DNA of 64,000 nt, from assembly GCA_027314025.1 (NCBI GenBank), contig DAHVCP010000058.1, positions 25,711 to 89,710 on the forward strand, given 5' to 3'. The stretch is from Acidobacteriota bacterium (GTDB lineage Bacteria; Acidobacteriota; Terriglobia; Terriglobales; SCQP01). The notes under the pieces were generated by a model that was given only the letters and a program-made list of their open reading frames with translations, was not told the DNA's origin and ran no database searches. Below, piece after piece: positions 46,565-55,415 of the stretch; within the stretch, counting starts at the first letter, position 1; each line of letters opens with the position of its first letter. Position numbers and translations under genes: made by a program.

Positions 46565-48061
46565 TCAACGCCGCAGTCGGAGCACGACCTCGACTTCGCA
46601 ACGACTGGAGCCGGGAAAAAGCGTCAGCGTAACGGGCATCTGCACCCCGACGGGAATGCTAACCCCCCAAGAAGCCGCCCCACTGGCCGGGGCCTCCAGA
46701 ACGGCAACGGCGGAGCCGCTCGCGAGGTGAACCGTCGCTCCCGCGCATGAACCCGCGGTGCGCTGGATCCTTACCAATGTCACCTCCGCGCCAAAACGCG
46801 GTATCCATGTAAATCCGGCGCCGCCCGACCGGAGGGGAAGCTGCAACGTGCGTGCTGCCGCCGCCCCGGCGGCCGCACCCTCGCGAAGCGCGGGCGCCTT
46901 GGCCGACCGGTAGCGGCGCCGAGCATGGATCAACCGGCGCGGCGGGCGAGGGGCAAGCGGCGGGGGGGAGACGTCGAACTGCCCAGGCCACACCTCGGCC
47001 GCGTAGGTGCCCCCCCCAGACACGTATGCATCGCAGCCAGGGACAATCGCGTCGGGCGCGTACGCGTCGAGCATCGCCCCGGGGCCCTCCTGGTAGATGC
47101 ATGCCGACTGGTTGGCATTACCAGCGCTGTTCCAACCCCATATGGACATCATGCCGCTGTTTTCAACGTAGGCCGACGGGGCGAAGACCTGGCCGGAGGT
47201 ATTCGAGAACTGAGGTGCGATCAGGACAGTGCCGGGGGAGGTGGAGTTATTGAGAAACGGGATCGCCATGTTCCCAGCTACATCTTCGAAATGGGGCATG
47301 AAGAACGTGTTGATTCCCGATTCGGTGCAGACCTGCACCCCGTCGAAGGAGTCCCCGGTGAAGGTGGCATTAAAGTATTGCCCGTCCAGTTTCAATTGGC
47401 AAGTGCTCGAGCCGTTAGGTATATTATTTGTGAAAAACGTGTCAATAAAACGAACGCTCTCACCAGCGTTAGTAAGGCCAGGCAAGAACTCGAGGAGCCG
47501 ATCGCCGTCGGTAATCATGCAATCGCTCACTTCCACCCCCCAGGTGTTCTCCCCCAACACCACCCCTTTATCGAAACAACTAATATCTACGCCTTTGACC
47601 ACCGCGCCCTGTGCGCCGTACTGCCCGCCGAAAAATACCGCCGTCGAGGCATCGCTGCCCACGGCGCAGTCGCCATGGGCGTCACCGCCAGAGCCGAAAA
47701 TGGCGACCCGTTCCAGCCCCCATCGGCCGTAAGCAAAATTGCAGCAGGCCACGCCTCCTGCATTGAATGTAAACATGGTGCCAGTGGTAGGTAGCCACTG
47801 GATCTTCGTGCCGCCGACCCCTTTGATCATCGCGTACTTGCCAGGGGTTGATATCAGCACTGGCGTCGTGCATTGGTACCCCGCCGGCGACCCTGCGGCC
47901 GGGACAACGATTGTGCCGCCCCCATTCGGCAGCGCCGCGTACGCTGCGTTGATCTGCGCGCAGACGTCCGCCCCGCTGAACTGCGTGGCGTTGAGCACGC
48001 CGACCGGCGATTGGGCCGCCGCCGCGGCAGCGAGCAAGATTAAGGCAACCAACGTCCGCAT
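46565..48061 (-). CDS. Secreted beta-helix protein P3, a more distant paralog of P1/P2
   Basis: Signal MRTLVALILLAAAAAAQ. GVLNATQFSGADVCAQINAAYAALPNGGGTIVVPAAG matches the P1 N-motif. It has a C-terminal 2-Cys domain (SCAGATVHL...SSRCEVEVVL) and noticeably AT-richer stretches. Confidence 0.75.
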   Translation of the reverse strand: MRTLVALILLAAAAAAQSPVGVLNATQFSGADVCAQINAAYAALPNGGGTIVVPAAGSPAGYQCTTPVLISTPGKYAMIKGVGGTKIQWLPTTGTMFTFNAGGVACCNFAYGRWGLERVAIFGSGGDAHGDCAVGSDASTAVFFGGQYGAQGAVVKGVDISCFDKGVVLGENTWGVEVSDCMITDGDRLLEFLPGLTNAGESVRFIDTFFTNNIPNGSSTCQLKLDGQYFNATFTGDSFDGVQVCTESGINTFFMPHFEDVAGNMAIPFLNNSTSPGTVLIAPQFSNTSGQVFAPSAYVENSGMMSIWGWNSAGNANQSACIYQEGPGAMLDAYAPDAIVPGCDAYVSGGGTYAAEVWPGQFDVSPPPLAPRPPRRLIHARRRYRSAKAPALREGAAAGAAAARTLQLPLRSGGAGFTWIPRFGAEVTLVRIQRTAGSCAGATVHLASGSAVAVLEAPASGAASWGVSIPVGVQMPVTLTLFPGSSRCEVEVVLRLRR

Positions 48062-48062
48062 G

Positions 48063-48986
48063 TTAGTCCGCGGCCTCGTCGCTCACGGGCACGGGGGCAA
48101 CTCGCCAGGCGAGCCGGCCGCCAGGCGAGCTGGTGCACACGGGCGCACCCCTCCCAAATGCCCTCCAGCCCGCGACGGCGCCGCACACAACCGCGCGCAG
48201 CTGCCGTGGCCGCTGTGCGAGCACGGGCCGGGCCGCACGCCGCGCAGTGCCGAGAATCGTGGCAGCGAGGGGCCATGGCGAGTATTTGCGGAGAGTTAGC
48301 GCTAACCCAGCGCTGCCGTAGAACATCTTAGCCTCGGTCGAGAGGCTCGGCCCGCGACGGTGGCGGACCAGCGCGCCCGCGGCCACGGCCAACTTCCAGC
48401 CGGCCGCGCGAAGCCGTATCCCAAGCTCGACGTCCTCACCGTACATGAAATACCCAGCGTCTAGCAACCCTATCGCATCGAGTGCTGCCCGGCGGAGGAG
48501 CAGGCAACCGCCACAGATGTAGCCAAGCGCACCGCTGTTAGGAGCCCTGCGGAAGACGCGGTGGAAGCCGGTACGCATGCTCAGTGAGCCGCCACCCCAC
48601 TCATGGACATTCTCGGGGCAATCCATGTCGCAGAGCACGCCCCCGACAGCACCAATCCGTGAGTCCGCCTCCGCCTCGGCGACTAAAGCCGACAGCGCAT
48701 CCGGCTCGACGCATGTGTCATTATTCAGCAACCAAACGTATTGCGCGCCCTGCGCCAGCGCCCAGCGCAACCCGACATTGCAGCCCCGCGCGAAGCCGTA
48801 ATTGGCCGGGTTTCGGAGCAAGCAACCGGGTGGCCGCAGCAGCGGCGCCAAGCGGGCGGCGGAGTCGTCCGCGGACCCATTGTCAACCACGACCACGCGG
48901 CAGGGGTAGGACAGTCGCGCCAGTGACTCCAGGCACCTCTGCGTGTCCCGCCAGCCGTTCCAGTTCAGCAATACCGCGATTACCAT
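48063..48986 (-). CDS. Glycosyltransferase family 2
   Basis: VIAVLLNWNGWRDTQRCLESL...VVVDNGSADDS...NYGFARGCNVG...LLNNDT. Confidence 0.88.
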   Translation of the reverse strand: MVIAVLLNWNGWRDTQRCLESLARLSYPCRVVVVDNGSADDSAARLAPLLRPPGCLLRNPANYGFARGCNVGLRWALAQGAQYVWLLNNDTCVEPDALSALVAEAEADSRIGAVGGVLCDMDCPENVHEWGGGSLSMRTGFHRVFRRAPNSGALGYICGGCLLLRRAALDAIGLLDAGYFMYGEDVELGIRLRAAGWKLAVAAGALVRHRRGPSLSTEAKMFYGSAGLALTLRKYSPWPLAATILGTARRAARPVLAQRPRQLRAVVCGAVAGWRAFGRGAPVCTSSPGGRLAWRVAPVPVSDEAAD

Positions 48987-50062
48987 TGCCCGCCCTTCCC
49001 CAGCCCCGACTCAGGAGTACCGGATCCGGCCCCGGACACGCCATGGGGGGAGCTACGCCACGCCAAATTCATCTGACCCCAGAGCCTCAAGGAGCGAGTG
49101 AGGAAAGCGCGGAACAGGTGACCTGGCGCCAGGCGCGCCAGGCCCCGGCACGGCCGCGCCTGCTTCGCAAGCAAGCGCAGGTAAACGCGCTCAAGCCCCT
49201 CAAAGCTAGCCCACCGCTGAGTCGCTGCGTGCGCCAAGCTAGCGCGGACGTCGCGCTGTCGCAGGAAGGTCGCGCTCGCCCCATGCACCCGGTATTCTGC
49301 TACACACTGATCAACAAAGCCAAGCGCCCGCTGCGCCGCGAGGCGAAGAAACATGTCCCAGTCTTCGCCGAACGGAACTGACTCATCGTAGCCGCCCAAC
49401 GCAATCAGGGCCGAACGCCGCGCCATGAAAACCGGACCGGGCACCGCCCAGTGAAAGACCACACTTCTGGCTACAAGCCCCGGGCTGGTCAGCCAACGCT
49501 TGCGCATGCCTGCGGCGCGGAACAGACCCTCGATCCCGCTCTCGAACAGCCGCCTGCCAGCGGCGTCTATTACATGGCAATCAGCAAAACAACCGAGAAT
49601 ATCGGGATGAGCCTCCATGTATTCCACGCGGGCCGAGATCCCGCGCGGCAGCAGGCGGTCGTCAGCCGCAACCAGCGCAACTAACTCGCCGTTCGCAACT
49701 CCTATCCCCTCGTTCAGGCTCCGGGGAAGACCGCGGTTCGCCGCACCCGCCACCAACGTGAACCGCGCACCCGGATTGGCAGCCCGCCAGGAACGGATGC
49801 GCGCTAGCGATCCGTCCGTCGACGCGTCGTCCACCAAAACGATCTCGACATCGGCGCCACCAGCGGCAACCACGCTGTCCAGGCAGTCGGAAACGAACGC
49901 CTCGTGATTGTAGCAAAGCACCACCACCGAGACAGAAGGCCCACCAGCGTCATGCCGGCCGCCCCCCAACCTGCCTGGAACCAAAGTCCCCACCAACCCC
50001 CTTCCGCTGGCCGAGCCTGTGCGGCCACTCGGCCCGACCCGCCCACCCTCCGGTGCGCCCAC
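48980..50062 (-). CDS. Glycosyltransferase family 2
   Basis: VSVVVLCYNHEAFVSDCLDSV...VLVDDASTDGS...NRGLPRSLNEGI...VALVAADD. GTG 50062 abuts the upstream TGA. The true start may be further in. Confidence 0.85.
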   Translation of the reverse strand: MGAPEGGRVGPSGRTGSASGRGLVGTLVPGRLGGGRHDAGGPSVSVVVLCYNHEAFVSDCLDSVVAAGGADVEIVLVDDASTDGSLARIRSWRAANPGARFTLVAGAANRGLPRSLNEGIGVANGELVALVAADDRLLPRGISARVEYMEAHPDILGCFADCHVIDAAGRRLFESGIEGLFRAAGMRKRWLTSPGLVARSVVFHWAVPGPVFMARRSALIALGGYDESVPFGEDWDMFLRLAAQRALGFVDQCVAEYRVHGASATFLRQRDVRASLAHAATQRWASFEGLERVYLRLLAKQARPCRGLARLAPGHLFRAFLTRSLRLWGQMNLAWRSSPHGVSGAGSGTPESGLGKGGQW

Positions 50063-50713
50063 TCAGTCGCGCCCAAGCCGAACGCGCGCCAACGACGGAA
50101 AAAGTAACGCCGCACCCGCGGCACGGAGAAAGGCGGCGCTGCGCACGCCTGTCGTCACACCGCAGAACTCGCAACCGGTCAGGCGCGCGCCCGAAAGATC
50201 GGCCTCGCTATCGCCGATCCAGATGGTGCGCCCATCAGCGGGAAGCCCGATAGCCCGCAGTGTCGCAGCCTTCCCGGCGCCTCCCTGGCCGCCAGGGGCA
50301 ACCAGAACCCGATCCCACAGCCCCTGCAGACGCACGTTCCGCAACTGGCGGCGAAACCGGCCGCCCCGCGAGCGACTGGTCAATAGCACCAGCCGCCAGC
50401 CAGCATTGCGCCAGGCCAATAGCGTTCGCCGAACGCCGGGCAGCACGCGATCCAAGGCTAACAGACCGGGTGCCTCAATGCGCTCCAGCCATAGCTCGCG
50501 GAACGCCGCCAGCCCGTCTGAGGCACCGCAGGCCGCCAGCAGGGCCGCGGCGTCCGCACCGCGGCGCTTCATCCGCCAGTAGCGCCCCACTGCAAGACTC
50601 GGCAGCCCAAGCGCAGTCACTATCGACAAATAGCAAGCGTAGTGCCGCGGCAGCCAACTGACCACCGTGCCGTCAAAGTCGATGATCAGCGTCCCGACGG
50701 GGCAGTCGCGCAT
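50063..50713 (-). CDS. HAD-superfamily hydrolase (phosphatase-like)
   Basis: LIIDFDGTVV (motif I), LLTSRSR (motif II-like) and WIGDSEADLSGA (motif IV-like). Confidence 0.8.
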   Translation of the reverse strand: MRDCPVGTLIIDFDGTVVSWLPRHYACYLSIVTALGLPSLAVGRYWRMKRRGADAAALLAACGASDGLAAFRELWLERIEAPGLLALDRVLPGVRRTLLAWRNAGWRLVLLTSRSRGGRFRRQLRNVRLQGLWDRVLVAPGGQGGAGKAATLRAIGLPADGRTIWIGDSEADLSGARLTGCEFCGVTTGVRSAAFLRAAGAALLFPSLARVRLGRD

Positions 50714-51405
50714 ACCGTGAAGATCTCCGCACTAATCTCGGGAAACTCCTCGCCAAGAGCGAAAAACGCATCCACCATGGACTCGGTCCATTGCTCCTCG
50801 ATCTGCGCGTGGGACAGCGGCTTTAGAAAGCACCCCCCTCTGGCAACGATTGTCAGCCCCGCGGCCGTCACGTCCCGTGCCAGCGTGTCCCACGTGTAGA
50901 CGCGCCGGTGGCCTAGCCGCAGGTCGCGATCGTTTAGCTCGTCTGGTGCGCGCAGCAGACCCATCCTCACCGCGGCAAGCCGGTGAATCGAGCGCGCATT
51001 CGGGACACCCACAACAATTCGCCCAGCCGGCGCCAGCCAAGAGCGCGCGCGGGTTAGAATCGCGACCGGGTCCGCGATGTGCTCAAGAATGTGGTCTGCC
51101 ACGATCGTGTCGAAGGGGCTAGTAGGCTGAAAGTCTTCGAAAAGCGAACAGACGGTCTTCACCCTAGGCGCAGCGAGCGGCGCCAGCAGTGCCGGCGAGG
51201 CATCAACCACCGTTAGCGACCCAAGGACCCCCGCCAGAAGCGGCGTCATCTCACCGTCGCCAGGGCCGAGTTCAAGCCCGGATGGGCCTTTCAGGTGCGG
51301 CCGAATCCGAGTAAATCGCTCACGGATCAGTCGACGGTCAATCGTCAGTTGTTCTTTGCCGTACCAGAGCGAGAGGCGCTGGATGCGCTCCGTTTCAGTT
51401 TCCAC
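50686..51405 (-). CDS. Class I SAM-dependent methyltransferase
   Basis: GLELGPGDGEMT (motif I), FDTIVADHILEHIADP and GRIVVGVPN. Confidence 0.8.
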   Translation of the reverse strand: METETERIQRLSLWYGKEQLTIDRRLIRERFTRIRPHLKGPSGLELGPGDGEMTPLLAGVLGSLTVVDASPALLAPLAAPRVKTVCSLFEDFQPTSPFDTIVADHILEHIADPVAILTRARSWLAPAGRIVVGVPNARSIHRLAAVRMGLLRAPDELNDRDLRLGHRRVYTWDTLARDVTAAGLTIVARGGCFLKPLSHAQIEEQWTESMVDAFFALGEEFPEISAEIFTVCATAPSGR

Positions 51406-52393
51406 TTGTCTCCCCTTGGCGAGGCGCGAAAAACCGCTCCTCCCAGTAGCGTGCCATGACCAGCCCGTCCTGGAAATGGAAGGCGTCGGCTGGGACGGGC
51501 ACCCCGCAAGCTAAGCGCACCAGCAGGGCAGGACCGTTCACCCCAGCCGCCACGGTTAACGGCAAGCCGCCGGAGAACCGCGGATTCACCTCGAACACCT
51601 CCGGACCGCAGCGCCCGATGCGGCACTGGACATTGCACGCGCCGCGGATCCCGAGCACCCGGGCCGCATCCGAGCCGATCCGCACGAGAGCGGGATCGTC
51701 GACGGTGCGCCCCTTGGTCGAGATGCCGGCCTTGGTTTCCAGCCGCTCCCGTGGCACCGCGGCCAGCACCGCGCCCGCTGCGTCGCTCAACACATCGATG
51801 GTAAATTCCGGCGGGTCCAGGTATGCTTGCACGACCGGCTCGGGAACGAGCCCAAGGGCGCGGGCCAGATCACCTGCCGATTCCACCCGGTACACGTCGC
51901 GGCTGCTCACACCGGCAGCAGGCTTGACGATCACCGGGAACTGGTCCGCACCCAATCCGCGCGCTTCCTCGCCGATCCAGGTGCGAGCGGCCGGGACGCC
52001 CGCATCCGTCAGCACCCGGGACGTCTGGCGCTTGTCATTGCAGGCGGCTATCGCGCTGGGCGGGGAGACCCAGACGAAAACACCGATCGCCGCGAATTGC
52101 GCCACTGCCCGGGCGACCGGCCCCAGCTCAGCGTCAACGACCGGGAATAGCACGTCAACCCGGCAGCGCGAGCATATGCCTAGGAGCGCCGAAACAAAGG
52201 CGGGATCCGAGGCTGGCGGCACGCGCTCGAAGGCATCGCACATCGTAGATCCGGCGATCTCCGAAGCGACATTGGTATCAGTACCCAAAACCCTCAAGCC
52301 GAGCTCTCGCTCCAGCCGGAGGGCCTTCAGAACCGAGATTGAGGTCGTGCTTCCCATTCCGGTAACCAGCACCGTGACCGAGCGGCGGCTCAT
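51395..52393 (-). CDS. ATP-grasp domain ligase
   Basis: VLVTGMGSTTSISVLKAL..., FPVIVKPAAGVSSRDVYRV, PEFTIDVL and FEVNPRFSGGLPL. These are the carbamoyl-phosphate-synthase-L-like ATP-grasp signatures. Start taken at ATG 52393. Confidence 0.8.
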   Translation of the reverse strand: MSRRSVTVLVTGMGSTTSISVLKALRLERELGLRVLGTDTNVASEIAGSTMCDAFERVPPASDPAFVSALLGICSRCRVDVLFPVVDAELGPVARAVAQFAAIGVFVWVSPPSAIAACNDKRQTSRVLTDAGVPAARTWIGEEARGLGADQFPVIVKPAAGVSSRDVYRVESAGDLARALGLVPEPVVQAYLDPPEFTIDVLSDAAGAVLAAVPRERLETKAGISTKGRTVDDPALVRIGSDAARVLGIRGACNVQCRIGRCGPEVFEVNPRFSGGLPLTVAAGVNGPALLVRLACGVPVPADAFHFQDGLVMARYWEERFFAPRQGETSGN

Positions 52394-52471
52394 CGGATCC
52401 TCCGACGGGGCTGGGTTCCCCGGCCCCCCCAACTGAACCGGTAAAGCATTCGGGTCCTGCTCCGAAGTCGC

Positions 52472-53920
52472 TCAGGCACGCGCCGCCTCCGCTGTTCCGG
52501 GCGCACGGCGCAGCGCCACCCAGGCAACCACGGCCGCGCCCGCGGCCAACGCCAGCGCTACCGGCGTCCTGGCCCCGGCCCAGCCCGAGGATCCCAGCAG
52601 CCGAATCGCACCCACGGCGAGGATGCCGCCCAGCAGCAGCCAGGTGTTCTGGCGGCTGAAGGTCAGCGGCAGGCTCCTGCGCAGGCAAACACGCACCACC
52701 ACATAATAAACCGCATAGGTGATAGGAAACGCAATTCCCGCGCCTACCAATCCCCACCAGCGCATACCCGCGAATGCCGCGGCGACGAGCGCCGCTCCGC
52801 CCACCGCCTCGGTGAGCAGATACATCCACCCGCTGCACCGGGCGAGAATCGCGAAACTCATCGTCCAACTCGCAACTTTGAGCACATCCCCGAGGAGAAT
52901 CCACTCCAATAAAACGACTGCAGGCAAGAAGCGGCTGGAATAAAGCAGCGGCACGGCGATGGGCGCCAATGCGAGCGCGGCTAATATCACCGGCAGCGCC
53001 AGCAACAGCAGCATGCGATGCTGCTCGTTGATCAGCCGAACCATTTCGGCGCCATCATGGCTCACCGCCGACAGGCGCGGAAAATAGTCCTGCCCCAGCG
53101 CGGTGAGGAGCACGGTCAGATAGGTAACCGCCATCGCCGCCGCGGCGCGGTAAAAACCCACGGCGGGCAGCCCCTCCAAGTGCAGCACCAAAAACGGCAG
53201 CGCCAGCTGCACCCCCGTCCCCAACAGCATGGCGGCCGCATAGAGCCCGCCGAACCGGAGCAATTCACCGCTCGCCGCAAGCACCTTGCCCGGCGCCGCG
53301 GGAACGGCGGGGCGCTCGAGGCGGCGCACGAAGAATTGGGCCGTGGCGCAGTTGGCCGCCGCCGCTGCCACGATCGCCGCCGGGATGCCCGCCTCCCGCC
53401 AGACGGCAATTATGCAGATGCCAGCCGCGGCCCCGCTGACGCTGCCAATGGCCGTGATCCGCGCCAACGCCCCGACCCGATGGTAGGCATTGAGCAGTCC
53501 GGTCTGGGTTCCGTACAAAACCGTCAGCAGAACGGCGACCCCGACCCAGACCATCTCTGACGCCATCGCTGGGCGGTCGAGTGCCCACCGGGCCAGCGAT
53601 ACTCGCAACCATACGATCGCGCTCAGCACCAGGCCCCCGGCAACCCAGGAGATCACCCACGCTGCACGGCGCAAGTGATCCATCCGGGGCACATCCCCGC
53701 GGCTGATGGCGTTGGCGCCAAGCCGCACCAGGCCGACGCCCAGGCCCATCGCCGCGGCCATCGCCAAAATCCGCACCATCGCCTGCCACAACGCCAGCAG
53801 GCCATAGCCGCCGGGACCGAGCAGCAGCGCCCATACCTTGGCGGCGGCGAGCGCGGCGAGGATTTGTACTCCCGTGGCGCCACCAAGCACCGCCGTGGAG
53901 CGCAAGATCGAAGGCCTCAT
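52472..53920 (-). CDS. wzx: Wzx-type polysaccharide flippase (MOP superfamily)
   Basis: 482 aa with about 12-14 TM segments. The N-terminus ...GATGVQILAALAAAKVWALLLGPGGYGLLALW is typical of the polysaccharide biosynthesis protein family. Confidence 0.85.
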   Translation of the reverse strand: MRPSILRSTAVLGGATGVQILAALAAAKVWALLLGPGGYGLLALWQAMVRILAMAAAMGLGVGLVRLGANAISRGDVPRMDHLRRAAWVISWVAGGLVLSAIVWLRVSLARWALDRPAMASEMVWVGVAVLLTVLYGTQTGLLNAYHRVGALARITAIGSVSGAAAGICIIAVWREAGIPAAIVAAAAANCATAQFFVRRLERPAVPAAPGKVLAASGELLRFGGLYAAAMLLGTGVQLALPFLVLHLEGLPAVGFYRAAAAMAVTYLTVLLTALGQDYFPRLSAVSHDGAEMVRLINEQHRMLLLLALPVILAALALAPIAVPLLYSSRFLPAVVLLEWILLGDVLKVASWTMSFAILARCSGWMYLLTEAVGGAALVAAAFAGMRWWGLVGAGIAFPITYAVYYVVVRVCLRRSLPLTFSRQNTWLLLGGILAVGAIRLLGSSGWAGARTPVALALAAGAAVVAWVALRRAPGTAEAARA

Positions 53921-55063
53921 TCAAGCCACGCAAGAACGCCGGATCTCCACCGCAACGCGCTCAACCTGCTCACCCATCAGGTGCGGGCCAATCGGCAGGC
54001 TCAACACCTCCGCCGCCAGTCGCTCCGTAATCGGCAGCCGCGCTCCGAGCGCCGCATAGACCGGCCCGCGGTGCGGCGGAACCGGATAGTGAATCAGCGT
54101 CCCGATCCCTTCCGCCGTCAGCGCCGCTTGCAGGCGATCCCGCTGCCGGCAGCGCACCACGAACAAGTGCCACGCCGGTTCCGCCCATTCCGGCGCCAGC
54201 GGCAACAGCACGCCGGGCAGGTCCCGCAGCGCCTGCGCATAGGCGGCGGCCACCGTCCGGCGCCGCGCGTTCCACGCATCCAGATAACGCAGCTTGACCC
54301 GGAGAAACGCCGCTTGCAGTTCGTCCAGGCGGGAGTTGACCCCGGCGACTTCGTGTTCGTATTTTTTGCGCGACCCGTAGTTCCGCAACAGGCGCACCCG
54401 ATCGGCCAGTCCAATGTCGTTGGTCACCACCGCGCCGCCGTCGCCCAGGGCGCCGAGATTCTTGCCGGGATAAAAGCTGAATCCGGCGGCGTCCGCCAAA
54501 GCGCCGGTACGGCGTCCACGATATTCCGCCCCATGAGCCTGGGCCGCATCTTCGATCACCCTGAGCCCTTTTCTTCGGGCGACAGCAATGATGGGATTCA
54601 TGTCCGCTGGCTGTCCGTACAGGTGCACGGCCATTATCGCCCGCGTGCGCGGCGTGATCGCCGCCTCCACCTGCGCCGGGTCCAGATTGAAGGTGCGCGC
54701 ATCCGGCTCCACCGGCACCGGCCGCGCTCCGGCCGCGGAGACGGCCAGCCAGCTTGCGATGTAGGTGTTGCCCGGCACGATCACCTCGTCGCCCGGACCG
54801 ATCGCCAGCCCCCGCAGGATCAGCGCCAGCGCCTCCAAGCCATTGCCCACCCCCACGCAATGGCTCGCGCCGCAATAGGCCGCAAACTCCGCTTCAAAGG
54901 CCTCAAGCTCGGCGCCCAGCAGATACCAGCCCGACGTCATCACGCGGCGATAGGCGTCGTCCATTTCCGCCCGCAACTCTAGGTAAGGAGCCTTAAGGTC
55001 GAGAAACGGCACCGGTGGCTTCGCGCCGGAATTGTTCATAATCGCGAAAATAGTCGGCTTCAT
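53921..55063 (-). CDS. DegT/DnrJ/EryC1-family PLP aminotransferase (FdtB/QdtB-like dTDP-3-keto-6-deoxyhexose transaminase)
   Basis: [44 protein letters not shown]...[14 protein letters not shown]...[17 protein letters not shown]. The start is uncertain (55063, 55039 or GTG 55012). Confidence 0.88.
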   Translation of the reverse strand: MKPTIFAIMNNSGAKPPVPFLDLKAPYLELRAEMDDAYRRVMTSGWYLLGAELEAFEAEFAAYCGASHCVGVGNGLEALALILRGLAIGPGDEVIVPGNTYIASWLAVSAAGARPVPVEPDARTFNLDPAQVEAAITPRTRAIMAVHLYGQPADMNPIIAVARRKGLRVIEDAAQAHGAEYRGRRTGALADAAGFSFYPGKNLGALGDGGAVVTNDIGLADRVRLLRNYGSRKKYEHEVAGVNSRLDELQAAFLRVKLRYLDAWNARRRTVAAAYAQALRDLPGVLLPLAPEWAEPAWHLFVVRCRQRDRLQAALTAEGIGTLIHYPVPPHRGPVYAALGARLPITERLAAEVLSLPIGPHLMGEQVERVAVEIRRSCVA

Positions 55064-55415
55064 CGTACGGGGTGGAGGCCAGCGCCAGGCAAACCGACCC
55101 CGAGGAAAAGTTGCTGAGTTCCCGCCAGACCATCGGCGGAATGTACAAACCGTAATAGGAACGGTTCAGGCAGAAACGGCCCTTCTGCCGCCCATCGTCA
55201 ACCAGGACATCAAAGCTGCCGGACATGGCGATAAGGAACTCCTGCAGCTCCCGGTGGGCATGACCCGCCCGCTCCGCGCCGCCGGGAACGTCGTACAAAT
55301 AAAACACGCGCCGGATTCCGAACGGGACATGGCGCTCGGCCTCCACGAAGGTTAGCGTCCCGCGCGGGTCCACCACGCGGGGTAACTCGATTAACTTGCA
55401 AACGGGTTCGCTCAC
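54993..55415 (-). CDS. dTDP-4-keto-6-deoxyhexose 3,4-ketoisomerase (FdtA/QdtA/WxcM-like cupin)
   Basis: [64 protein letters not shown] 55415 overlaps the upstream stop (GTGA). Confidence 0.8.
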   Translation of the reverse strand: MSEPVCKLIELPRVVDPRGTLTFVEAERHVPFGIRRVFYLYDVPGGAERAGHAHRELQEFLIAMSGSFDVLVDDGRQKGRFCLNRSYYGLYIPPMVWRELSNFSSGSVCLALASTPYDEADYFRDYEQFRREATGAVSRP

